Source: Candidatus Aenigmatarchaeota archaeon
GTDB taxonomy: Archaea; Aenigmatarchaeota; Aenigmatarchaeia; CG10238-14
Assembly (NCBI GenBank): GCA_044343545.1
Contig: JAWBZR010000001.1
Coordinates: 33,092 to 97,091, forward strand
Direction: 5' to 3'
DNA length: 64,000 bases
In this document: in pieces, positions 1 through 10,193 of the stretch
How positions within the stretch are numbered: the stretch's first letter is position 1
How the letters are laid out: each line of letters starts with the position of its first letter
The notes under the pieces: model-generated
What the model saw: the letters and a program-made list of their open reading frames with translations, nothing else
The model's database searches: none
What the model was told of the DNA's origin: nothing
Translations under genes and position numbers: made by a program

Positions 1-4
1 CATA

Positions 5-1504
5 TTGCTCACTTTAATAATGTTGAGTCATTTCTTTTTATTCATTTTCAGCATAGCTTCAACACTCTTTTACTTGTTATTTCCAAAAAATTTCAAAAAA
101 AATTTGATTTATCTGTTAAAGATTTATGGTTTGACTTTTCTTCTTTCAGGTTTTTGGCTTGTGCCAATGATTTGTAAAGTTTCTTACACTGTTCCACACA
201 TATGGCTTCCACCAACATCTTTAAGCGAAATGATAGATATGATTATGCCAAAACCTTTTTTCTATTTTTATATTATTTCTTTATTTTCGACACTCATAAT
301 CATAAGAGAAGATAAAGAAAGGTTGATTTTTGTATTCACAGCATTTTTTTCTTTATTTATGTTTTTAATTGCACCTAACTTGAATTTTTTGGGACTTCAC
401 GGATTTGAACATCTGCAGCTAATAAAGTTTTTGCCAATGCTGTACATATCTGTTCTCTTAAATATGGCCATACCTTTCTCATTTTTAAAAAGCAAGTATA
501 ATTTACTTCTCCCTGCATTCATTCTTCTAGTATGTGTATTTTGGGTGGAAAATCATGTAACATATATTGAATATTGGATAAGTTGGAACTATAATGGATA
601 TGAAGACAAACCGTTGGGGCAAGAATATTATAATGTAAACGATTTTTTAGCTAGTCTTCCTTATGGGAGAGTAGCTTATGAGTATGATCCGAAAAAATAT
701 GAAACCACTTTAGGTAGTTCGAGAGCTACTGAAACCATACCTATATTTTCTCAAAAACCCATTACTGAAGGTTGCCACTTTCAATCTTCTCTCAATGGAC
801 CTTACATTTATAATGCACATTGCGAATATTCGATAGGTTGTTCGTGTTTGTTTGGTCATTTGACAGGTGGGTGTCCTTCTTTCGACATAGACAAGGGTAC
901 AAATCATTTGAAACTTTTTGGAGTGAAATATTTTTTTGCTTCTTCTGAAAAAGTAAAATCTCTTCTAAGAGAAAGAGATGACTATAAACTTTTGTATGGT
1001 TCTGGAGAGTTTGAAATATGGGAAATAAAAGATAGCCGTATAATCGAAGTTCCAAAATATGAGCCCATAAATGTAAAGACAAATGATTGGAGAAAAATAT
1101 CCTACAAGTGGTTTGATTCGAACAAAACGAATATTCCACTTGTTTGGAATGGAAAAGATGAATTTAAGTATGAATTCGTCGAGCCGTCGATTGAAAGTTT
1201 ACCAGCAATAGAAATAAAAGATGATTGTAAAATAGAAAATGTTATCATAGAAAATGAAAAGATTTCTTTTGACACTAATTGTACAGGTAAACCTCATATA
1301 ATAAAAGTATCTTATTTTCCAAACTGGAAAGTAAAAGGAGCTAAAAAGATTTATATGGTCTCACCTGCATTTATGCTAATTTACCCAGAACAAAATCATA
1401 TAGAGCTTTATTATGGTTTCGTACTTTCAGATATAATTGGAATTTTTTTAAGCATTATTGCCATAATTATAATTGTATTTTTTAGAAAAAGGTTGAAACT
1501 ATGA
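5..1504 (+). CDS. Polytopic membrane protein, PTPS-related/YfhO-like GT-C-fold glycosyltransferase (probably 5'-truncated by the window edge)
   Basis: Several N-terminal TM helices, an extracellular domain with WNYNGYE, and a C-terminal SYFPNWKVKGA...SPAFM motif plus TM anchor, typical of YfhO-like proteins. Confidence 0.6.
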   Translation: MLTLIMLSHFFLFIFSIASTLFYLLFPKNFKKNLIYLLKIYGLTFLLSGFWLVPMICKVSYTVPHIWLPPTSLSEMIDMIMPKPFFYFYIISLFSTLIIIREDKERLIFVFTAFFSLFMFLIAPNLNFLGLHGFEHLQLIKFLPMLYISVLLNMAIPFSFLKSKYNLLLPAFILLVCVFWVENHVTYIEYWISWNYNGYEDKPLGQEYYNVNDFLASLPYGRVAYEYDPKKYETTLGSSRATETIPIFSQKPITEGCHFQSSLNGPYIYNAHCEYSIGCSCLFGHLTGGCPSFDIDKGTNHLKLFGVKYFFASSEKVKSLLRERDDYKLLYGSGEFEIWEIKDSRIIEVPKYEPINVKTNDWRKISYKWFDSNKTNIPLVWNGKDEFKYEFVEPSIESLPAIEIKDDCKIENVIIENEKISFDTNCTGKPHIIKVSYFPNWKVKGAKKIYMVSPAFMLIYPEQNHIELYYGFVLSDIIGIFLSIIAIIIIVFFRKRLKL

Positions 1505-3444
1505 AAAAAAATTATTTTTTGATTTTGTTTTTATTAATAACCTTAATAGCTGCATTTTTAAGACTTTATAAACTTGACAATAGACCAGCACATTTTGATG
1601 AAGGTGGGGGACATGCGATAGGTGTAAGAGAATTGTTGAAAAGTGGAGTGTATGTATATAATCCAGATTTTCATGGTCCATTCTTATATCACATTACGGC
1701 GCTTGTCTTCTATTTATTTGGAATGTCTGATATAACACTAAGAATAACACAAGCTATTTTCGGTATAGGTACTGTGGCAATTTTATTATTATTAAAAAAT
1801 TATGTAAAAAAAGAAACTATTTTAGCATTAGCCATATTATTAGCTTTTTCTCCGTCACTTGTTTATTATTCAAGGTTTGCCGTCCATGATTCTTATTTTG
1901 TATTTTTTACATTATCAACTATAATATTTCTTTTTTTATATGACAAGACAAGAGAGAATAAATATCTATATTTATTTTTTGCATCTTTAGCATTTCTTTT
2001 CACGGTCAAAGAAAACGCGTATATATTTTTAGGAAGTATATTATTTTACTTTTTTTTGGAATTTTTAATGGAGTTTTTTTCGAAAAAGGGCAGCTTGAAA
2101 AATAGATTGAAAAAAAATTCTTATTTTGTTTGGCTAAAAAATAATAAGGAAGGTATCTTGTTTGGAATATTGATATTTTTTGTCATATTTTCAACGCTAT
2201 ATACTTCGTTTTTTAGATACAACAAAAATCTAATCACTGCAATATTAGATCCTTTTAGACATTGGTTGCATAAAACAACAACGCAAACAGGTTTTTTCCA
2301 ACCACCCTCATTTTATTTGAGAATATTGGAAGAATATGATACTGCTATATTTGTATTAGGTGTAATAGGAATATTTACTCCTTTATTTTTTAATAACAAG
2401 TATACAAGATTTGCAGCAATATTCGCGGCAATAAACTTGATTTCATATTTGCTCATGCCTTACAAAGAGCCCAACAACGTTGTTCACATAGTATTGCCAC
2501 TTGCGATTTCTGCTGGTGTTTTAATAGAATATGTGAATGATGAATGGAGAAAAAACATTCTCTTATTTATTTTAGCTATATCAATATATAGTCTTTTCAT
2601 CACTTGGCAAACAAGTTTTGTTAAATATGCGGATGAAAAAAATTATCTAGTTTATGTTCAAACTGTTGATGATATAAAACCTATGTTGAAAATGGTGAAA
2701 GAAATAACAAGTAAAAAAGGAAATAACATTTCTATAGTTGTTAATATACCTGAAACAGAATATCCTCTTTCTTGGTATTTTAGAGATTATACTAATGTTT
2801 TCTATTTTTCCGAATCAATTGGCCCAAGAGAATGGAAAAATATAAAATGGTTTGGTGATGGAAAGGCTATATGGGACGATAAAGAAGCTTTTAAAGGAAA
2901 GATGAGTGCGAAGATAGATGGAGGAAGTGGTACAGATGGTGAATGGAGGCAAAGAATAGAGATACCGGGTGAAGGATATTATAATTTATCTGGTTGGATA
3001 AAAACTAAAAATCTTGAAAAAATAGATGCATGGAAATATGGAATGATGTATATAAGGACAGACAAAAATAATGAACCTGATAAAATAATTGCAGAAACTC
3101 AAAGTTTGGTTGGAACAAACAATTGGACTTTTGTATCTACAAGATTTTATGTCGAATCTGGAAACAATGTTTTATGGCTTACTTTGCCTATAGGAAATTG
3201 GGGAAAAGCAAAAGGTGAAATATGGTTTGATGAAATTTCACTCATAAAAGAAGGTGAAAACATAAACTTAATAAAGAATCCAAGTTTTGAAGAAGGAAAA
3301 ACTATAAAAGATTATTCTTATGCTGAAATAATTATTGTCTCGGAAAGTACAGGTTTGGGTTACGGAAATATGGAAGGATATAACGTTAGTAGATATGTGT
3401 TAAGGCCTGGTGTTAATTTAGCTGTTTACGTGAAAAGTAATTGA
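1501..3444 (+). CDS. TIGR03663/Agl23-like GT-C (PMT-like) membrane glycosyltransferase with an inserted carbohydrate-binding-like domain
   Basis: LRLYKLDNRPAHFDE, YNPDFHGP, YYSRF, KEN and YVQT motifs; CBM4/9-like segment at about aa 440-600. Confidence 0.7.
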   Translation: MKKNYFLILFLLITLIAAFLRLYKLDNRPAHFDEGGGHAIGVRELLKSGVYVYNPDFHGPFLYHITALVFYLFGMSDITLRITQAIFGIGTVAILLLLKNYVKKETILALAILLAFSPSLVYYSRFAVHDSYFVFFTLSTIIFLFLYDKTRENKYLYLFFASLAFLFTVKENAYIFLGSILFYFFLEFLMEFFSKKGSLKNRLKKNSYFVWLKNNKEGILFGILIFFVIFSTLYTSFFRYNKNLITAILDPFRHWLHKTTTQTGFFQPPSFYLRILEEYDTAIFVLGVIGIFTPLFFNNKYTRFAAIFAAINLISYLLMPYKEPNNVVHIVLPLAISAGVLIEYVNDEWRKNILLFILAISIYSLFITWQTSFVKYADEKNYLVYVQTVDDIKPMLKMVKEITSKKGNNISIVVNIPETEYPLSWYFRDYTNVFYFSESIGPREWKNIKWFGDGKAIWDDKEAFKGKMSAKIDGGSGTDGEWRQRIEIPGEGYYNLSGWIKTKNLEKIDAWKYGMMYIRTDKNNEPDKIIAETQSLVGTNNWTFVSTRFYVESGNNVLWLTLPIGNWGKAKGEIWFDEISLIKEGENINLIKNPSFEEGKTIKDYSYAEIIIVSESTGLGYGNMEGYNVSRYVLRPGVNLAVYVKSN

Positions 3445-3450
3445 ATAAGA

Positions 3451-3830
3451 TTAATTTTCCATTAAATTTATTTCATAAACCCAAGCTTCTACATTATTTG
3501 ATTTTGTATAAAAAATCTTTTTTAAAGCATGTTTTTCATTAATATTAGATTCTATATTTGCTTTATGAGTGATGCAAATATATTTTTTGTTGGGATCTAA
3601 ACTAGAAATTTGATTATACTCAAGCATAGAACCAGTGTTTTTATCTATATCCAAAAAATGACTTGAATATAACAAAACGAGAATGAAAATAATTAAATAT
3701 GTTTTGCAGATGTTGTGAAATAAATAAATAAGAAAGGATAAAGAACCAATGTATATTTATCATCAACTATATGATAATGAAGAATAAAAAGGCTGGTAAA
3801 AAACAAAAATTTTTGTTATCTTTTCGAATT
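3451..3830 (-). pseudogene. Degraded remnant of a membrane (GT-C-like) protein
   Basis: Minus-strand fragments FLFFTSLFILHYHIVDDKYTLVLYPFLFIYF* and, in another frame, KTYLIIFILVLLYSSHF...AWVYEINLMEN*; no clean start; lies in an otherwise unexplained ~590-bp gap. Confidence 0.4.
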
Positions 3831-4038
3831 TATTTTTAAAAATTAAAATTTATTGAGATATAAAAGATATGCCATCTCAAAAAGGTATATTAATGAATTT
3901 TATTTGAAAACTAAAGTTTAAGAAAAGCAAAATGAAAAAACAACAAAACCATTTTTAAATTTAATTATATTTTTAGATTAATAATTTTTGCTCAAACCTT
4001 CAAAACTCTATGCAAGCAGTTGTTATTTTTCCTAATTG

Positions 4039-6099
4039 TTATTTAGTTTTAAATATAAAATATCCATCAAAACTGTATACAGGTTTGCCAAATTTTGTCA
4101 AATTAGCGTTAGGATATTTTGATCTTTCAACTGAACCAAAAAATACATAACTTATGTTATATTTTTCTATTATCTCCTTTGCTACTTTTTCGTCATTGGT
4201 TTCATAAATAATTTTTATATCTCTAATTCTTTCATCTGGCCACATATTGTGATGTATTCCTATATGATTGGTCCATCCGACAAGAGTCTGAAAACCTGTA
4301 TAAGATGAAAATATAGAACTATATGTATAAGCATCTCCCGAAGCTTCCAAAATTATATCGTCGTCATTTATGTTTGAGTTTGCCCATTCCAACAATTTAT
4401 AATCACCTAAACGATATTTTTTCATGTACATCAATCCATCAAGAGAGAAACCTTCACTTAAACCTTGATTAAATCTGTCTATTAAAGAAAATATTGTCAT
4501 AGGTAAACAAATCAATATCAATATAAATAAAATTGATAAAAATATTTTGTCAGTTTTTAGCTCGTACACTATTAAAGCAGTTGAAATTGACCAAAAAATC
4601 CATATGTTATAATAAAATTTAAACACAGTGTTATATCTTGAATCTATAAAGAATATTTCTGGAAATAGCATAACGCATATGCCGAAACAAACTAAAATAT
4701 GAAGAAATGTTTGGTTTTTATGTTCTACAAGTTTTTTCATGGATAAAAATAATAATGGAAAGAGAAGTAAAACAAGTTGAATTTGGGAAATTAAATACAA
4801 GACAAGTGAAACCAAAAACAAAAAGAATATTTTATATGGGTTTTTTTCATCTTTCAGATAATAGTAATATAATGAAAATATGAAAACAGGGAACAGTATT
4901 AATTCTTGAAATATGTTACTTCTTTCTTTCACAAAACCAAAATCGACTTTCTTCTTGACAGTTATTATGTAAGGTAAAGAAAACAACACAAAAAATGTTA
5001 TAATAACGAAAAAAGAAAAAATGAGTTGATTTTTCTTTACTTTTTTTTCAAAAAATAATATCAATAAAATTGTTTCAAGCAAAATGAAGTAAATTGGCAC
5101 GCTCCAAGAGCTTGTTATATATATTAAAGATAAAATGAGGGATGCTAAAATTATATAAATGATTTTGTATTCTTTTGAAACAAAAATTGAAAAAATCAAA
5201 GATATTAACAAAATTTGTAACGGCAAGGAAATTATGTGAGAGTGAACTTCACCAAACATCAAGTTTGCATAAGGAAACTCGTTTATGGTGTTTGGTATTA
5301 CCCTCGTGCTCGACCAAACAGGAAATCTCAACAAAAAGTTAATAAAATTTTGATACGGGTTATGACAACATGTCATTGAGTAAGTGATATCAAACGTTTT
5401 TCCAAAAAATTCAACTAATTTCGGATTTAAAAATGTGAGAATTTGCAAAAAACCTAAAAGATTTGAAAGAAAAATAAAAATAAAAATACCGAAATAACTA
5501 TATTTTGGCTTTCCTGTTATGTTGTAGAAAAGTGTGAATAGAGCAACTGACAAAAGAGAATAAATAGTTGATAAAAAAAGATTGAACGTAACAGTAGATG
5601 GTAAGAAAGACATTTTTGTTAAAGTGGCGACAGTAAAATGTCCAAAATAATAATAATTAATCGTATATCCTGCAAGCCAAGGATCTCTTGGAGGCATTTT
5701 TTTGCTTTTCAAAATCCCATTTATTAAAGAAATATCGAACAACTTTTCCAAACCTTCAACGGCTGGTGTAAATGATCTTATGAATGTGAAAATCATAAAA
5801 GACAATAAAAAAATTATCTCGACTTTTTTTACTGTCTTTTTGTCAAAAACAATTTTCGTTTTTTTTGATATGTAAAAATTCAAAGCAGAAAAAATGACAA
5901 TCGATGCCATTAGGCTATAGTTATATGGGATAAAAAAACTCATATACCATGTGAGAAATGAAAGGAAGAAAATGGAGATTATTTTTGAAAAACCATACCC
6001 TTTATCTCTTAAATTCGAAAACATTAATGTCGTTAATGGAAGAAAAATAAAACTTAAAATTTCCAACAAAAAAAACCATAATATCATTTCTACTATCAT
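4039..6099 (-). CDS. DUF2298 (Chlor_Arch_YYY) membrane protein, putative GT-C glycosyltransferase
   Basis: EKLFD, PPRDPWLAG..INYYYFG, STRVIPNTINEFP, RYNTVFKFY, GWTNH motifs. Confidence 0.85.
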   Translation of the reverse strand: MIVEMILWFFLLEILSFIFLPLTTLMFSNLRDKGYGFSKIISIFFLSFLTWYMSFFIPYNYSLMASIVIFSALNFYISKKTKIVFDKKTVKKVEIIFLLSFMIFTFIRSFTPAVEGLEKLFDISLINGILKSKKMPPRDPWLAGYTINYYYFGHFTVATLTKMSFLPSTVTFNLFLSTIYSLLSVALFTLFYNITGKPKYSYFGIFIFIFLSNLLGFLQILTFLNPKLVEFFGKTFDITYSMTCCHNPYQNFINFLLRFPVWSSTRVIPNTINEFPYANLMFGEVHSHIISLPLQILLISLIFSIFVSKEYKIIYIILASLILSLIYITSSWSVPIYFILLETILLILFFEKKVKKNQLIFSFFVIITFFVLFSLPYIITVKKKVDFGFVKERSNIFQELILFPVFIFSLYYYYLKDEKNPYKIFFLFLVSLVLYLISQIQLVLLLFPLLFLSMKKLVEHKNQTFLHILVCFGICVMLFPEIFFIDSRYNTVFKFYYNIWIFWSISTALIVYELKTDKIFLSILFILILICLPMTIFSLIDRFNQGLSEGFSLDGLMYMKKYRLGDYKLLEWANSNINDDDIILEASGDAYTYSSIFSSYTGFQTLVGWTNHIGIHHNMWPDERIRDIKIIYETNDEKVAKEIIEKYNISYVFFGSVERSKYPNANLTKFGKPVYSFDGYFIFKTK

Positions 6100-6794
6100 C
6101 TTTTCAATTCTCTCCTCAATCTAAAAATGTTTCTTATATAATTTACTACCGTCTTTTTTATATTAACTGTACTCCCCTTATCTTCTATCCATTTCACAGG
6201 TATTTCTTTGAGCTTATATCCGTATTTGTCTGCCTTTACTATTAATTCTGTATCAAAAAACCATTCATTATCTTTTATCTTTGGTATAAGCTCCTTCACT
6301 ATTTTTCTATTCACAGCTTTAAAACCGCATTGATAATCATTATATTTTGTTCCCAAAAACATCTTTACAAGAAATACATAGCCTTTTGAAAGAATGTCCC
6401 TTTTTAATGACCTTTTTAGTATGGAACCTTCTGAATGTCTTGAACCAAAAGCAACATCATAACCTTGCTCGATGGCATCAGTCAATTCCTTTAAATGTTT
6501 TAAATCGGTAGACAAATCAATATCCATATAACACATTATGTCAGCATCTGTATGTTGCCAAGCAGCTTTAAGAGCCCTTCCTCTACCTTTCTGTGGAAGG
6601 TGTATATACTTCACTTTCTCGTATGTCTTTGACAGCCTCTTAGCTATCTCTAGAGTTCTGTCGGTCGATGCGTTGTCCGCAATCAATATTTCAAAATCTT
6701 TGTAGTTCCTTTCACAAATTTCAAGAACTTTTTTAACACTACTCTCAAGCTGCTCTTCTTCATTATACACCGGCAAAGTCACACAAACTTTCAT
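6096..6794 (-). CDS. GT2 polyprenol/dolichol-phosphate glycosyltransferase
   Basis: LPVYNEE, DNASTD, KGRGRA, DIDL, GSR, DYQCGFKA, WFFDTE motifs. Confidence 0.9.
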   Translation of the reverse strand: MKVCVTLPVYNEEEQLESSVKKVLEICERNYKDFEILIADNASTDRTLEIAKRLSKTYEKVKYIHLPQKGRGRALKAAWQHTDADIMCYMDIDLSTDLKHLKELTDAIEQGYDVAFGSRHSEGSILKRSLKRDILSKGYVFLVKMFLGTKYNDYQCGFKAVNRKIVKELIPKIKDNEWFFDTELIVKADKYGYKLKEIPVKWIEDKGSTVNIKKTVVNYIRNIFRLRRELKR

Positions 6795-6825
6795 CTTCTC
6801 AAATTTTATATAAAAAAGAAAATCT

Positions 6826-8115
6826 TTAATCTTTTACATATTTGCTTACTCTTTGTGCTATTTCTTTACCCATTTTTATGGCCAAATTGACAGACCTTTC
6901 TGGATACATGTTGAATTGTCCTCCTATAAAGAAACCTTGCAACGGTGTTTCATAACCAAGAAAGTTCTTTTTAAAACCTTTTTTGTAAATTACGCCAGAA
7001 TCGAAACCTCTGAATATTTTATACCAGTTAACATCACCTTTACTTATTTGGGGAAAAAGTTTTTTCATTTCATAGAAATAATTTTCCCATATTTCTTCAT
7101 CACTTTGCTTCCAAACCTCAGAATCTTCATCAGGATATTGTGCCAAGTAAATTATGTGACCATCATATAGCTCCTTAGGTTGAAAATTTGTATGTTCTAT
7201 TATAGCACCTATTTTAGAATCTTTCGCTATGTTAATCCAATAGTATCTTGATAAGCTTTTTTTCAAACTGACTAAAATGCAAAGTGAATGTTGATATTCT
7301 ATTTTTTTGATTTTTCTATCGAACTTTTCATCAAATAATTTATACTTTCGTAGCAAACCTAGTGGAATTGTTGATATCACAGCTTTTGCTTCTAAAATTT
7401 CACCATTAACTGTGAGCTCAAAATCTTGCTTTTTTTCTATTTTTTCCAAGTTTGCGTTAACGATTATTTTCGCGCCCATTTTTCTTATCTCTTTCTCTAA
7501 TGCATCTACAAGTATCTTGCAACTTCCTTTCAAATATGCCAATTTTTCTCCCTTCAAGCTTCGCTTACTTCTCATATTTATTCTCTCTATGAGCCAAGAA
7601 GCGGATATTTCTGTTGCTTTCTTGCCGAACTTGCTCTTTAACAATGGCTCAAACATCTTTTTATACAAACTCTTACTTGAATTTGATATTATCCAATCCT
7701 TCGCTGAAATGTGATCTAATTTTTCATTATTTTTGCTGAATTTTATCTTCAACATAAGCCAAATAAATTGAATTTTCTCTTTTAATGTGAGAGGCTTGAA
7801 ACTGAAAATATGATGAGGAGAAGATAATTCATAAATTCCTTCATCAAATAAAAATGCTGTAGAGGCGTAATTCCATTCTAAGTTTTTATCAATTTTTAAT
7901 TCTTTCAATTTTTCAAACAAGTGATTATCGCTCGTAAAAAAATGATGATAGTATGTTTCGACATAACCTTTACCTGCTTTTATAGTTTGCAAAAAACCTC
8001 CAAGGTAATTATTTTTTTCTATGATAACTATTTTTAATTTATTTTTTACCAATTCATGAGCTGCTGTCAAACCTAATATTCCACCGCCTATTATAGCAAC
8101 ATCGAATTTTTGCAT
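6826..8115 (-). CDS. FAD-dependent oxidoreductase (amine oxidase/protoporphyrinogen oxidase-like)
   Basis: GGGILG dinucleotide-binding motif, E..YHHFF, IEHTNF, YPERS. Confidence 0.8.
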   Translation of the reverse strand: MQKFDVAIIGGGILGLTAAHELVKNKLKIVIIEKNNYLGGFLQTIKAGKGYVETYYHHFFTSDNHLFEKLKELKIDKNLEWNYASTAFLFDEGIYELSSPHHIFSFKPLTLKEKIQFIWLMLKIKFSKNNEKLDHISAKDWIISNSSKSLYKKMFEPLLKSKFGKKATEISASWLIERINMRSKRSLKGEKLAYLKGSCKILVDALEKEIRKMGAKIIVNANLEKIEKKQDFELTVNGEILEAKAVISTIPLGLLRKYKLFDEKFDRKIKKIEYQHSLCILVSLKKSLSRYYWINIAKDSKIGAIIEHTNFQPKELYDGHIIYLAQYPDEDSEVWKQSDEEIWENYFYEMKKLFPQISKGDVNWYKIFRGFDSGVIYKKGFKKNFLGYETPLQGFFIGGQFNMYPERSVNLAIKMGKEIAQRVSKYVKD

Positions 8116-8146
8116 AAAATCATTATAAAAAATATAAATTTATAAC

Positions 8147-8647
8147 TCACTCGAACTCTATTTCTATGAACTTGTTAAAAACATCGTAAAAAACTTGCTT
8201 GAAAAACTCTGGACTCAATTTAAGCAAATTTTTTTCCATTAATGGCATTTTAACTTTGAAAATTTCTTTTTCTCCATCGAAAACAACATTTATGCCTTTT
8301 ATATTTGAGGGAGAAAGAACATCTTTAATGAAATCATTTATATCCGACTCATCAGAAACTATTCTAACATCGGTATTTAATTTTTTTTCTATTTTTTTAG
8401 CAATTATACCGTTTTTTCCTATAATTTTTCCAACATCATTTTTTCCACAAACTATTATTGTAAATTTACTATCTGAAAAAACTCTCTTTATTTTTGCGTC
8501 TTTTATGTGCTTTTCTACCCTTAAAGCGTTATTGATTTTCTTATACATTTCTATTTCTGCTTTGTCAATATTCGCATTTAGATTGTTCTTACAGCTATCA
8601 CAAATATCTATATTTTTCAAACATTTGCTACAAACGGGGAATATCAT
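8147..8647 (-). CDS. Archaeal NusA-like KH-domain protein with N-terminal Zn motif
   Basis: CxxC..CxxC followed by KH GxxG loop (GKIIGKNG). Confidence 0.7.
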   Translation of the reverse strand: MIFPVCSKCLKNIDICDSCKNNLNANIDKAEIEMYKKINNALRVEKHIKDAKIKRVFSDSKFTIIVCGKNDVGKIIGKNGIIAKKIEKKLNTDVRIVSDESDINDFIKDVLSPSNIKGINVVFDGEKEIFKVKMPLMEKNLLKLSPEFFKQVFYDVFNKFIEIEFE

Positions 8648-8699
8648 AATAATCAAAATGAAATACAATAATAAAAAACTTAAATCTTAATCTATTTTC

Positions 8700-9857
8700 A
8701 TGGAAATTGGTTTAATTGGCAAACCCTCAAGCGGTAAAAGTAGTTTTTTTAAAGCAGCTACAATGATTGATGTACCAATTGATGAGAGACCTTTCACTAC
8801 AATAAAACCTAATGTTGGAATAGCTTATGTAACGGTTGAATGTGTTGAAAAAGAATTTAACTTGAAATGTCAACCGAGATATGGCAAGTGTGAAAATGGA
8901 ATAAGATATATACCAGTGAAAATTTGGGATATAGCTGGTTTGGTTCCAAATGCCCATGAGGGTAGAGGTTTGGGTTTAAAATTTCTTGATGATATAAGGC
9001 AGGCATCGGTTTTAATTCACATAGTTGATGTTTCTGGCAAAACAGATGAGGAAGGTCGACCAACACATGATCACGATCCTGTGAAAGATGTAGAATTTGT
9101 AGAAAAGGAAATAGATGAATGGTTTAAAGGAATAATAGAAAAAGTTGTAGAAAAGTATAAATCGAAAATTAAAAGCGAAAAAATGGATATTTCACAATTA
9201 CTTTTTGAACAGCTCTCAGGTTTAGGGGTCAAAAAAATTCACATAGATAAATGCATGGAATATTTTGATTTTGACAATATTGAAAAATTTTCAACAAATT
9301 TAAGAAAAATTTCCAAACCAATGTTAATAGCTGCAAATAAAATTGACATTGATGATGCTGAAAGAAATTTTAGAAAATTAAAAGAAAAATTTGATGATCA
9401 TATAATAATTCCTGTATCTGCTTTATTTGAAATAGCTTTAAAAACGGCCCATGAAAAGGGTTTGATAAAATATGATGGAAAAAATTTTGAAATAAAAAGT
9501 GATTTAACTCCTAAACAAAAAGAATGTCTTGATATGATAAAAGAAAAGGTTATTGAAAAATATGGAAGCACGGGAGTGCAAGAATGCATAAATAAAGCCG
9601 TTTTTGACTTGTTAAAAAAAATTGTTGTTTATCCTGTAGCGGATGCAAACAAACTTACAGACAACAAAAAAAATGTTTTACCAGATGCTTATTTGATAGA
9701 TGAGGAAACGTTACTGAAAGATTTTGCATATATTTTGCATAGTGATATAGGTAAGAATTTCATTTGTGGCATAGATGCGAGAAGTAAGAAAAAACTTTCT
9801 GCAGATTATAAGCTAAAAAATAACGATATTATTGAAATAATGTTTAATAAAAGATAG
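8700..9857 (+). CDS. ychF: Obg-family translation-associated NTPase (archaeal YchF/Ygr210-like) with TGS domain
   Basis: GKPSSGKS, PFTT, DIAG, NKID motifs; C-terminal TGS. Confidence 0.85.
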   Translation: MEIGLIGKPSSGKSSFFKAATMIDVPIDERPFTTIKPNVGIAYVTVECVEKEFNLKCQPRYGKCENGIRYIPVKIWDIAGLVPNAHEGRGLGLKFLDDIRQASVLIHIVDVSGKTDEEGRPTHDHDPVKDVEFVEKEIDEWFKGIIEKVVEKYKSKIKSEKMDISQLLFEQLSGLGVKKIHIDKCMEYFDFDNIEKFSTNLRKISKPMLIAANKIDIDDAERNFRKLKEKFDDHIIIPVSALFEIALKTAHEKGLIKYDGKNFEIKSDLTPKQKECLDMIKEKVIEKYGSTGVQECINKAVFDLLKKIVVYPVADANKLTDNKKNVLPDAYLIDEETLLKDFAYILHSDIGKNFICGIDARSKKKLSADYKLKNNDIIEIMFNKR

Positions 9858-9912
9858 TCGATAACAAATAATATTGTTAAAAATATAAATATGCTATGTA
9901 ATTTTGTTATTT

Positions 9913-10182
9913 ATGGTCAATTTGAAAATTTTATTTTTCACTGATGAAGATGGCGTATCTAATTTGCAAATGGATATATTGAAAGAAATTAAAAGAAAAT
10001 ATAAATACATGGAATTATTAAAAATAAACAAGAATGAGGAAGAACTTGTAAAAAAATATGACGTTAAGGAGTTTCCGACAGTAATAATAGATAGCGGAAA
10101 TGGAATTAAAAGATTTTCCGGTTTGACTCAAAGCTTATTTTTGGAAAGGGCAATAAATGAATTAATAACTATGAATATTTAA
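9913..10182 (+). CDS. Thioredoxin-fold protein lacking cysteines
   Basis: LVKKYDVKEFPTVII...RFSG pattern of the Trx C-terminal half; no CxxC. Confidence 0.6.
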   Translation: MVNLKILFFTDEDGVSNLQMDILKEIKRKYKYMELLKINKNEEELVKKYDVKEFPTVIIDSGNGIKRFSGLTQSLFLERAINELITMNI

Positions 10183-10193
10183 TTATTTAGGGT

